From contig JBBAVQ010000002.1 in NCBI GenBank assembly GCA_040397625.1, positions 5,112-37,138 on the forward strand: a stretch of DNA of 32,027 bases, given 5' to 3'. The notes beneath the pieces were generated by a model. It was not told the origin of the DNA and made no database searches. It worked only from the letters and a program-made list of their open reading frames with translations. This document shows, piece by piece, positions 7,754 to 16,105 of the stretch (positions within the stretch are counted from its first letter, which is position 1; each line of letters starts with the position of its first letter). The position numbers and the translations under genes were made by a program. This stretch comes from Pirellulales bacterium. GTDB lineage: Bacteria; Planctomycetota; Planctomycetia; Pirellulales; UBA1268.

Positions 7754-10700
7754 ATGCGTCGATCCGTGGTCACTCTCGCCCCTGTGCTTGCGGTTTTCGC
7801 CGCCGCATCATCTTTTGCGGGCGACGTGTCCTTCAATAAGGACATTCGTCCGCTCCTGGTCGAGAACTGCTTCTCGTGCCACGGTGCAGATTCGGCCTCA
7901 CGACAGGCCGGCCTCCGTCTCGATCGCCGCGACGAGGCGGTTGATTCGGGGGCAGTCGTTCCTGGTGATCCCGATTCGAGCGTCATGCTCGACCGCATCT
8001 TCTCCGACGATCCGGAAGAGGTGATGCCGCCCCCATCGACGAAGAAGGTGCTCACGGCGGACCAGAAGGAACTCCTCAAACGCTGGATCGCCGAGGGCGC
8101 CGAATACCAGCCGCACTGGTCCTTCATTCCACCGGCACGTCCCGAGCCACCGGCCGTGAAGAACGAGGCGTGGGTCAGAAACCCGCTCGACCGGTTCATC
8201 CTCGCCAGGCTCGAAGCAGAGGGCCTCGCTCCTGCCCCCGAAGCCGATCGCCGCACGATCGCCAGAAGGGTCGCGCTCGATCTCACCGGCCTGCCCCCCG
8301 ACCCAGCGGTGGTCGATGCCTTCGTCGCCGACCCCGCCCCCGACGCCTACGAACGGCTCGTCGATTCGCTCCTGGCGAGCCTCGAATGGGGCGAGCACCG
8401 CGGCCGCTACTGGCTCGACTACGCCCGATACGCCGACACGCACGGCATCCACATCGACAACTTTCGCGAAATGTGGACCTACAGGCAGTGGGTGGTGGCC
8501 GCATTCAATCGCAACCTGCCGTTCGACCAGTTCACGATCCTGCAGCTGGCCGGCGACCTCGTGCGGGATCACGGTCCCAACGCCTCCCCCGATCAGATCC
8601 TCGACAACCGGATCGCCAGCGGGTTCAACCGCTGCAACATCACGACAAGCGAAGGGGGGGCGATCGACGAGGAGTATCTCGTGCTCTACGCGCGGGATCG
8701 CACCGAGACCACCTCGGCCGTCTGGATGGGGCTGACGACCGGTTGTGCCGTCTGCCACGACCATAAGTTCGATCCGCTCTCACAGCGCGAGTTCTACGAA
8801 CTCGCCGCCTTCTTCAATAACACGACGCAGAAGGCGATGGACGGAAACGTCCGAGACACGCCACCGATCCTCACGGTGCCGGCGCCCGAGGACAGGCTGC
8901 GGTTCGCGGCGCTCGAGAGCGAGATCCCTGCCGCGAAAGCCGCCGTGGAGGCACGCAAACAGACCGCCCGCCCCGAGTTCGACTCATGGCTGAGGGGGCT
9001 CGTGCCCGAGTCGCTCCCCGCCAATCCGCTCCGCGAGACGCCGCTGGTGCACCTGCCCCTTGCTGAAGGCACGGGCTCGACGACCCACGTCTCCCTGCTC
9101 GGCAAGGAGACCGACGTGCCGCTCACGGCGGCCACAACATGGCAGGCCGGGCCGCAGCGGTCGCCTGCGATCCTGCTCGACGGCAGGGCGGCCGAACTCC
9201 CCAGCGGCGACTTCGAGTGGAACGAGCCGTTCAGCGTGACGTTCTGGCTGCGGCCCTCCGGCACCTCCAAGCCGGGTTCCGTGATCGCCCGAATGGGCGA
9301 GGCACCTGCGAACCAGGGCTGGGATGTCTGGCTCGACGACCGGCGGGTCGCCATGCACCTATCCCACTCCTGGCCGGAGCACGGCCTCAAGGTCGTGGCC
9401 GGCGAGCAACTCCCCGCCGATGCGTGGACGTTTGTCGCAGTCACCTACGACGGCTCCGGCAAGCCGGAGGGCGTGGCGATCTCCTATAACGGCACCTCGC
9501 GGAAAACGGAGGTGAAGAAGCAGTCGCTCGGCGAGAAGTCGATCAAGACTTCGGCAGGCCTGACCATCGGCAGCCGGTCGAAGGGCGGTATGCTCCGCGG
9601 CGTCGGCCTCGCGGACCTCTCAATCTGGGGCCGAGCACTGCCGGTAGGCGAGGTTGCCGCGTTCTGGAAGGCACACCGGCTTCGCGACCTGGTGGCCCTG
9701 CCGGCGGACGAGCGGCCGCCGGCGGCGGGCGATCTCTACGACGGGTGGCTGACCGAGGACGAGCAGCACAAGACACTGTCTGCCGCCATGGGCACGCTCG
9801 AAGCCGAGATGGCGGAGATCAAGAAGCGGGGCACGATCGCGCACGTGATGCACGAGAAGCCCGAGATGGCGAAGGCCCACGTGCTCGAGCGTGGCGAATA
9901 CGACAAGCGGAAAGATGAAGTTCAGCCGGAGACGCCCGACATCCTGCCGGCATTTCCCGAGTCGCTGCCGAAAAACCGGCTCGGGCTCGCCCAATGGCTG
10001 CTGCTGCAGGACCATCCGCTCACCACCCGCGTGACGGTGAATCGATTCTGGCAGGAGGTCTTTGGAACCGGTCTCGTGAGAACGAGCGGTGACTTCGGGA
10101 TCACCGGCGAGCTTCCCAGCCACCCCGAACTCCTCGACTGGCTGGCGGTCGAGTTCCGCGAGACGGGCTGGGACGTCAAGCGGCTCTTCCGGCTAATCGT
10201 GACCAGTGCCACCTACCGGCAGGCCGCCATCGCCACGCCCGAGAAGCTCGCCAAGGATGCGGCCAACCGGCTTCTCTCCCGCGGGCCGCGGTTTCGCATG
10301 GATGCCGAGATGGTTCGCGACCACGCCCTCGCCGCCAGCGGCCTCTTGGTCCGACAGCTCGGCGGGCCGAGCGTGCGGCCCTACCAGCCCGAGGGCGTCT
10401 GGGAGGCTGTCGCCATGGACGGCAGCGACACGCGAAACTACGTCCGTGACAAGGGCGAGGGGCTCTACCGTCGCAGCATGTACTGGTTCTGGAAGCGGTC
10501 GGCACCGCCGGCGTCGATGGACATCTTCAACGCCCCGTCGCGGGAAAACTGCTGCGTGAAGCGGGAGCGGACCAACACGCCACTGCAGGCGCTGGTGACG
10601 CTCAACGATCCGCAGTTCGTGGAGGCGGCGCGGGCCCTCGCCGACCGGGCGCTGGAGCTCGCGGCCGGCAACGATGACCAGCGGTTGGAGTTCATCGCCG

Positions 10701-10918
10701 AGCGGCTCCTGGCACGGCGACTCTCACCCGACGAACTGGCTGTCGTGAAGAAGTCACTCGCCGACCTCGTCGCCTGGTACACCGCGCACCCCGACGAGGC
10801 GAAGCAGCTGATCACCGTCGGCGACTCGAAGCCCCGGGCAGCCGACGCGGTGCAACTCGCCAGCTGGACGATGCTCACCAACGAGCTCATGAACCTCGAC
10901 GAGGTCCTCTGCAAATGA
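7754..10918 (+). CDS. PSCyt1 + PSCyt2(DUF1549) + LamG-like insert + PSD1(DUF1553) protein (A1), predicted c-type heme binding
   Basis: A GAGGAG lies 6 nt upstream of the ATG, and the signal peptide is MRRSVVTLAPVLAVFAAASSFAG. An N-terminal CxxCH 'CFSCHG' sits at 7868-7882. The DUF1549 block is 'NPLDRFILARLEAEGLAPAPEADRRTIARRVALDLTGLPP', with a second CxxCH 'CAVCHDHKFDP' at 8744-8758. A concanavalin/LamG-like segment reads 'FSVTFWLRP...WTFVAVTYDG...LSIWGRAL'. DUF1553 blocks are 'ELLDWLAVEF...VKRLFRLIVTSATYRQ' and 'FNAPSRENCCVKRERTNTPLQAL'. Confidence 0.9.
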   Translation: MRRSVVTLAPVLAVFAAASSFAGDVSFNKDIRPLLVENCFSCHGADSASRQAGLRLDRRDEAVDSGAVVPGDPDSSVMLDRIFSDDPEEVMPPPSTKKVLTADQKELLKRWIAEGAEYQPHWSFIPPARPEPPAVKNEAWVRNPLDRFILARLEAEGLAPAPEADRRTIARRVALDLTGLPPDPAVVDAFVADPAPDAYERLVDSLLASLEWGEHRGRYWLDYARYADTHGIHIDNFREMWTYRQWVVAAFNRNLPFDQFTILQLAGDLVRDHGPNASPDQILDNRIASGFNRCNITTSEGGAIDEEYLVLYARDRTETTSAVWMGLTTGCAVCHDHKFDPLSQREFYELAAFFNNTTQKAMDGNVRDTPPILTVPAPEDRLRFAALESEIPAAKAAVEARKQTARPEFDSWLRGLVPESLPANPLRETPLVHLPLAEGTGSTTHVSLLGKETDVPLTAATTWQAGPQRSPAILLDGRAAELPSGDFEWNEPFSVTFWLRPSGTSKPGSVIARMGEAPANQGWDVWLDDRRVAMHLSHSWPEHGLKVVAGEQLPADAWTFVAVTYDGSGKPEGVAISYNGTSRKTEVKKQSLGEKSIKTSAGLTIGSRSKGGMLRGVGLADLSIWGRALPVGEVAAFWKAHRLRDLVALPADERPPAAGDLYDGWLTEDEQHKTLSAAMGTLEAEMAEIKKRGTIAHVMHEKPEMAKAHVLERGEYDKRKDEVQPETPDILPAFPESLPKNRLGLAQWLLLQDHPLTTRVTVNRFWQEVFGTGLVRTSGDFGITGELPSHPELLDWLAVEFRETGWDVKRLFRLIVTSATYRQAAIATPEKLAKDAANRLLSRGPRFRMDAEMVRDHALAASGLLVRQLGGPSVRPYQPEGVWEAVAMDGSDTRNYVRDKGEGLYRRSMYWFWKRSAPPASMDIFNAPSRENCCVKRERTNTPLQALVTLNDPQFVEAARALADRALELAAGNDDQRLEFIAERLLARRLSPDELAVVKKSLADLVAWYTAHPDEAKQLITVGDSKPRAADAVQLASWTMLTNELMNLDEVLCK

Positions 10919-11013
10919 AAAAGGTGACAGCCACCATTTGTCTGAAGACCCCGGCCGAAGGCCGGGGCCGTGTCGCCTTCAGCGACCGGCAAATGGTGGC
11001 TGTCACCTTTTTC
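10917..11013. repeat. 97-nt nested inverted repeat (perfect 24-bp outer arms, inner GC hairpin) filling the A1-B1 intergenic gap
   Basis: The left arm GAAAAAGGTGACAGCCACCATTTG (10917-10940) is the exact reverse complement of the right arm CAAATGGTGGCTGTCACCTTTTTC (10990-11013). The 49-nt spacer contains CCCCGGCC-GAA-GGCCGGGG (10949-10967), itself flanked by CTGAAG/CTTCAG (10942-10947 / 10977-10982). The stem has an A5 tract on its 5' side and a T5 tract on its 3' side. Confidence 0.9.
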
Positions 11014-11027
11014 GAGGAGAATGACGC

Positions 11028-12515
11028 ATGAATCCTCCGATCCGCTCGCCCCTCGATGAGCTGGGGCTGAACCTCACGCGCCGCCGGTTCTTCGAGCAGG
11101 GCAGCCACCTGCTCGGAGGCGCGGCGCTCGCGGCGCTCGCCGCCCAGGGTGCCGCCCGCGGCGCGGCCTCCGCGAGCCCGGCCTTCGACCGGGTGGCCAA
11201 CGCGATTGGCCCGCACTTCGCCCCGAAGGCGAAGCACGTCATCTATCTCCACATGGTCGGTGGCCCGCCGCAGCAGGATCTCTTCGACTACAAGCCGAAG
11301 ATGGACGACTGGTACGACAAGGACCTTCCCGAGAGCATTCGTAACGGCCAGCGGCTCACCACGATGACGTCGGGTCAGTCGCGGTTTCCGATCGCGCCCT
11401 CGAAGTTCAAGTTCATCCAGCACGGCGAGTGCGGGATGTGGATGTCGGAACTCCTGCCCTGGACCGGGAAGATGGCCGACGAGATGTGCTTCATCCGGAG
11501 CATGCACACCGAGGCCATCAACCACGAACCGGCGATCTGCTACATGCAGACCGGCAACCAGATCGTCGGCCGGCCGTGCCTCGGCTCGTGGACGAGCTAC
11601 GGCCTCGGCAGCCTCAACAGCGACCTGCCCACGTTCGTCGTGCTCGTGGCTCGGTCATCGAAGCCAGAACAGCCCCAGGCGATCGGTGCCCGGCTCTGGT
11701 CGAGCGGCTTTCTGCCGGGCGAATACGCGGGTGTGAGCTTCCGGAGCGCCGGCGACCCGATCCTCTACATCAACAACCCGCCGGGCGTGTCGGATGCCGT
11801 CCGCCGCACCACGCTCGACGGCCTCCAAGCCTTGAACCAGCGGACCCTCGAGCAGATCGGCGACCCGGAAACGCGGACGCGAATCGCCCAGTACGAGATG
11901 GCCTTCCGCATGCAGGCGAGCGTGCCCGAACTCACCAGCATCGCGAACGAATCGGCGAGCACGCTCGCCCTTTACGGCGACCAGGTGAAGGACCCGGGCT
12001 CGTTCGCCAACTCCGTCCTGATGGCGCGGCGGATGGTGGAGCGGGGCGTGCGGTTCGTGCAGATCTACCTCAACCACTGGGATACGCACGGCAACGTCGT
12101 CGGCCGCCTCACCAACGGCTGCCGCGACATCGACCAGCCCTGCTACGGACTCATGCAGGATCTCAAGGCCCGCGGCCTGCTCGACGAGACGCTCATCATC
12201 TGGGGGGGCGAGTTCGGCCGCACGGTCTACTCGCAGGGCGGTCTCTCGAAGGAGAACTACGGCCGCGACCATCATCCGCGATGTTTCACGATGTGGATGG
12301 CCGGCGGCGGCGCGAAGGGGGGCACCATCCACGGCGAGACCGACGACTTCTCCTACAACATCGTGAAGGATCCGGTGCACATCCGGGACTTCCACGCCAC
12401 GGTCTTGCACCTGCTCGGTTTCGATCACGAGCGGTTCACCTACCGTCACCTCGGCCTCGACCAGCGGCTCACCGGCGTCGAGCATGCCCGCGTGGTGACG
12501 GACCTGCTCGCCTGA
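11028..12515 (+). CDS. DUF1501 domain protein (B1), Tat-signal, alkaline-phosphatase/sulfatase-superfamily-like
   Basis: A GAGGAGA lies 7 nt upstream of the ATG. The twin-arginine motif is 'LTRRRFFEQGSHLLGGAALAALAAQGAA'. DUF1501 signature blocks are 'AKHVIYLHMVGGPPQQDLFDYKPK' and 'GRDHHPRCFTMWMAGGGAKGGTIHGETDDF...VHIRDFHATVLHLLG'. Confidence 0.9.
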   Translation: MNPPIRSPLDELGLNLTRRRFFEQGSHLLGGAALAALAAQGAARGAASASPAFDRVANAIGPHFAPKAKHVIYLHMVGGPPQQDLFDYKPKMDDWYDKDLPESIRNGQRLTTMTSGQSRFPIAPSKFKFIQHGECGMWMSELLPWTGKMADEMCFIRSMHTEAINHEPAICYMQTGNQIVGRPCLGSWTSYGLGSLNSDLPTFVVLVARSSKPEQPQAIGARLWSSGFLPGEYAGVSFRSAGDPILYINNPPGVSDAVRRTTLDGLQALNQRTLEQIGDPETRTRIAQYEMAFRMQASVPELTSIANESASTLALYGDQVKDPGSFANSVLMARRMVERGVRFVQIYLNHWDTHGNVVGRLTNGCRDIDQPCYGLMQDLKARGLLDETLIIWGGEFGRTVYSQGGLSKENYGRDHHPRCFTMWMAGGGAKGGTIHGETDDFSYNIVKDPVHIRDFHATVLHLLGFDHERFTYRHLGLDQRLTGVEHARVVTDLLA

Positions 12516-12545
12516 TCGGGTGTGTTTTCACAGATTCGCTGCGCG

Positions 12546-12635
12546 ACCACGCGTGGTGATCAGGCGCAGGAGGGGGATATACTGCTCGTTCGCCATCATG
12601 CGGTGATGATCGCGCCGTTCCGAACACCGTTCCGA
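12546..12635. promoter_or_regulatory. Candidate operator elements upstream of the SGNH/cytochrome gene: a perfect 12-bp palindrome and a tandem 9-bp direct repeat
   Basis: ACCACGCGTGGT (12546-12557) is its own reverse complement. CCGTTCCGA occurs twice (12615-12623 and 12627-12635) with a 12-bp period, 27-47 bp upstream of the ATG at 12662. Confidence 0.25.
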
Positions 12636-12661
12636 GATAGCGTTCTACGCGGGAGTCACTG

Positions 12662-15600
12662 ATGCCCTGTTCGTTCTCGTCTCGTGGCCCCAATGGTGAT
12701 CCCAGTCGCGGCCCCAGCCTTGGACGCGTCGCGGGAGCCGCCGTCGTCGTCCCATTGCTGCTGGCCCTCGCCGCCACGCGTCTGCCCGGAGCCGACGACA
12801 AGGACAAGCCTCCCGAGAGGGATCCGTTCACCACGGCCCGTGAGATCCTGGCCATCCCGCCGCGTCCTGCCCGCCCGGCGCTGCCTGCCAGCCAACTCCC
12901 GCTCGAGCTGCTCGACGGCGAGCGGATCGCCTTTCTCGGCAACTCCACCGCCGAGCGGATGAACCTCTTCGGCCACTTCGAGGCCCTCCTCCACCAGCGT
13001 TTTCCCGGCAAGCACCTCGTGGTCCGCAACTTCGCCCGCCCCGCCGACGAGGTCGGCAATCGCCAACGTCCGGGCGACTACACGAAGCTCGACGATCCCG
13101 TGGCCGCCTTCGGTGCCGACACGTACCTGCTCTTCTTCGGATTCAACGAGTCGTTCGCCGGGCCGGGGGGCGTGGCCAAGTTCACAGCCGACTACGAGAA
13201 GCTCCTGGATGAACTGGCACATCAGTATCCCCGTGACGACACCAAGGCCGCCCCGCGGTTTGTGATCGTGTCGCCGATCGCGGTCGAGGCCAGCGGCAGC
13301 CCCTACCTGCCCGACGCCGACGCCCAGAATGGTTCGCTCGCCCTCTACCGCGACGCAGCCAAGGCCGTCGCCGAGAAGCGGGGCCTGGCCTTCGTCGACC
13401 TCTTCGACGCCACCCGGAAGGAGTTCGCGGCGCAGCCAGGCCTCCAGCACACGATCAACGGCTGCCACGTCAACGAGGCCGGCGACGCCTTCGTCGGCGG
13501 CCTGCTCGACCGGTCCCTGTTCGGCGGCCCGGCCTCGAGCCAGCTCTCCACGGCCGCCTTCGAGAAGCTCCGCGCCGCGGTCAACGACAAGTCGTGGGTG
13601 CATCTGCAGGACTACCGGATGGTCAACGGCTGGTATGTCTACGGCGGTCGCCGCACGTTCGACACGGAGACCTTCCCGAGGGAATACGCCAAGATCCGCG
13701 GCATGGCGGCCGTCCGCGATGCCCGCGTCTGGAACATCGCCGAGGGCAAACCCGTCGCCGGCACGCCCGACGACTCCGCCACGGGTGAGCTGATCACGCC
13801 GCAGACCCGATTCGGTGAACCCGGGCAGGCCTACAGCGAGAACAAGGAAGGTGGGCCGACGATCCTGCCGCCCGCCGACCTGATCAAGACCTGCACGGTA
13901 CCCCCCGGCTTCGAGATGAAGCTGTTCGCCGACGAGACGAAGTTTCCCGAAATCGCCAAGCCCGTGCAGCTGGCCTTCGATTCGAAGGGCCGCCTCTGGG
14001 TCTCGACGATGCCGAGCTACCCGCAGTGGCAGCCGGGCGATCCGCCGCCGTCCGACAAGCTCGTGATCCTGGAAGACACCGACAAGGATGGCACCGCCGA
14101 CACGAGCACGGTGTTCTACGACAAGCTCCATTGCCCGACCGGCTTCCAGTTCTTCGACGGCGGCGTGCTCGTGATGGACCAGCCGCGGATGCTCTGGCTC
14201 AAGGACACCGACGGCGACGACAAGGCCGACGTCGTGGTGCACGTGCTCGACGGCTGGGCCACGGAAGACACCCATCACACCGCCGGCGCCTTCGAGGCCA
14301 GCCCCGGCGGCCTGCTCCACATGCTCGAGGGCGTGGCGATGAGCACGGCCGTCGAGACGCCGTGGGGTCCGTTTCGTAACTACGGCTCGTCAGGTGCCTA
14401 CGTCCTCGACCCACGGACATGGAAGCTTCGCCACTTCAAGACGCCCGGCTACGGCAACCCCTGGTGCTACGTCTTCAACGAGTGGGGCCAGGGCATCTGC
14501 GGCGACGGCACCGGCGCATCGCAGCACTGGGACACGCCCCTCTCGGGCGCCCAATACGGTGGCCGCAAGGGGCTCAACGCGGTGTTCGACACCGAGAAGA
14601 TGCGGCCCGTCGTGGGGAGCGACTACCTCCGCACGAGGCAGTTCCCCGACGACGTCCAGGACCAGTTCATCTACGCCTGCGTGATCAACATGAACGGCAT
14701 CCCGCGGTGGCACATGTCGGACGACGGCGCCGGCTACAAGGGCGAACGGGTGCGGCACGACCCCGCCGACCCCACCACGCCCTTCGATCTCCTCAAGAGC
14801 ACCGACAAGCACTTCCGGCCGGTCGATCCGCAGATCGGGCCCGACGGGGCGCTCTGGTTCGGGGACTGGGCCAACCCGCTGATCGGCCACATGCAGTACA
14901 GCCAGCGTGACCCAAACCGCGACCACGTGAAGGGGCGGATCTACCGGCTCTTCTACACGCAGAAGCCGCTGGTCACTCCCGAGACGCAGTTCGGCAAGTC
15001 GACCCGGGAGGTCCTGGATCAGCTCAAGGCGGCCGAATGGCGGACGCGGTATCGCGCCCGGGCTGACCTCCAATCCCGCTCCCGCGACGAGGTGCTCTCT
15101 GCGGCGCGGCAGTGGCTCGGCACGATCGGCTCCGATCCCCATGCCGACCGCCTGAAGACCGAAGTTCTCTGGCTCCAACAGAGTTTTCATGCCGTGGATC
15201 CAGGCCTCCTCGGCGACCTCCTGCAGGCCGCCACGCCCGAGGCCCGGGCCGCGGCCACGAGGGTGCTCGCCGACGAGCGAGACCAGATTCCGGGCGCCAT
15301 CTCCCTGCTGACGGCCAAGGCCACCGATGCCAATCCGCGTGTCCGCTGCGAGGCAGTCCGTGGCCTGAGCTTCGTTCCCAACCTCGACGCCATGAAGGCG
15401 GTCATCGCCGCGGCCGAGGTGGAGCCGGCCGACCGCTACGTTGACTACACATGCGATGCGGCCCTGGGAGCGAACATCGGCGTCTGGAAGGGCGAGTACG
15501 ACGCGGGCCGCTTCGTGACGGACGATTCGCGTGCCGAGAGCATCATCGACAGCGTTCTCGGCCTGGAACGGAAGGCCCAGGAGATCGTCCCCTATCTCGC

Positions 15601-16081
15601 GATCCTCACCAGCAAGGATCCGCAGTCCGAGGAGGCGCGAAACAAGGCGATGCAAGCCCTCGCCGACGTCAAGGGAGGCGACCGCCAAAACGGCAAGGTC
15701 GTGTTTCGCCGCGTCTGCATCGCCTGCCACAAGATCGGCAAAGAGGGATCGGACTTTGGGCCGCACATGGACGACGTCGGCAAGCGGCTCTCGTCGTACA
15801 AGCTCGTGGAGTCGATCATCCATCCCAACGCGGAGGTCGCCGAGAAGTATCTCTCCACGTCGGTCCTCACGAGCGACGGCCGAAGCATCGTTGGTCTGCT
15901 CGTCAGCGAAACGCCGGAGGAGGTTGTGATCTTCGACGGTAAGGAGAAGAAGACGGTCGCCGTGGCGGACATCGACGAGCGGACGCAACTCCGGCAGAGC
16001 AGCATGCCCGAAGGCCTCGCGGGCACGCTCTCGCCCAACGAGTTTCTCGACGTGATCGTGTTCCTGAAGAGCCTCAAGTAA
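12662..16081 (+). CDS. Multidomain PVC-type heme-binding protein: SGNH/GDSL-like hydrolase + membrane-bound-dehydrogenase-like beta-propeller + HEAT repeats + C-terminal cytochrome c
   Basis: A GGGAG lies upstream of the ATG, and the N-terminus has a hydrophobic segment 'VAGAAVVVPLLLALAA'. SGNH blocks are 'IAFLGNSTAERM', 'LLFFGFNESFAG' and 'INGCHVNEAGD'. The central region 'LAFDSKGRLWVSTMPSYPQW...VILEDTDKDGTAD...GGVLVMDQP...LKDTDGDDKAD' is typical of the PVC dehydrogenase-like domain. A HEAT-like segment reads 'NPRVRCEAVRGLSFV'. The cytochrome c motif 'CIACHKIGKEGSDFGPHM' (CxxCH at 15716-15730) has a distal 'LRQSSMPEGL' Met. Confidence 0.85.
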   Translation: MPCSFSSRGPNGDPSRGPSLGRVAGAAVVVPLLLALAATRLPGADDKDKPPERDPFTTAREILAIPPRPARPALPASQLPLELLDGERIAFLGNSTAERMNLFGHFEALLHQRFPGKHLVVRNFARPADEVGNRQRPGDYTKLDDPVAAFGADTYLLFFGFNESFAGPGGVAKFTADYEKLLDELAHQYPRDDTKAAPRFVIVSPIAVEASGSPYLPDADAQNGSLALYRDAAKAVAEKRGLAFVDLFDATRKEFAAQPGLQHTINGCHVNEAGDAFVGGLLDRSLFGGPASSQLSTAAFEKLRAAVNDKSWVHLQDYRMVNGWYVYGGRRTFDTETFPREYAKIRGMAAVRDARVWNIAEGKPVAGTPDDSATGELITPQTRFGEPGQAYSENKEGGPTILPPADLIKTCTVPPGFEMKLFADETKFPEIAKPVQLAFDSKGRLWVSTMPSYPQWQPGDPPPSDKLVILEDTDKDGTADTSTVFYDKLHCPTGFQFFDGGVLVMDQPRMLWLKDTDGDDKADVVVHVLDGWATEDTHHTAGAFEASPGGLLHMLEGVAMSTAVETPWGPFRNYGSSGAYVLDPRTWKLRHFKTPGYGNPWCYVFNEWGQGICGDGTGASQHWDTPLSGAQYGGRKGLNAVFDTEKMRPVVGSDYLRTRQFPDDVQDQFIYACVINMNGIPRWHMSDDGAGYKGERVRHDPADPTTPFDLLKSTDKHFRPVDPQIGPDGALWFGDWANPLIGHMQYSQRDPNRDHVKGRIYRLFYTQKPLVTPETQFGKSTREVLDQLKAAEWRTRYRARADLQSRSRDEVLSAARQWLGTIGSDPHADRLKTEVLWLQQSFHAVDPGLLGDLLQAATPEARAAATRVLADERDQIPGAISLLTAKATDANPRVRCEAVRGLSFVPNLDAMKAVIAAAEVEPADRYVDYTCDAALGANIGVWKGEYDAGRFVTDDSRAESIIDSVLGLERKAQEIVPYLAILTSKDPQSEEARNKAMQALADVKGGDRQNGKVVFRRVCIACHKIGKEGSDFGPHMDDVGKRLSSYKLVESIIHPNAEVAEKYLSTSVLTSDGRSIVGLLVSETPEEVVIFDGKEKKTVAVADIDERTQLRQSSMPEGLAGTLSPNEFLDVIVFLKSLK

Positions 16082-16105
16082 GCACGGGGCATCGCAGAAC
16101 GCCCC

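Noticed and set aside
7451-7839. Small ORFs in the divergent region between the A2M and A1 genes (7465-7839 plus strand, 7451-7741 minus strand)
   Set aside because: They have no ribosome-binding site, they overlap the starts of both flanking genes, their composition is basic and low-complexity, and no motif is present.
16082-16105. Weak GGGGC/GCCCC stem around the start of A2
   Set aside because: The stem is only 5 bp with a 10-nt loop, it overlaps the candidate ATG, and it is not distinctive.
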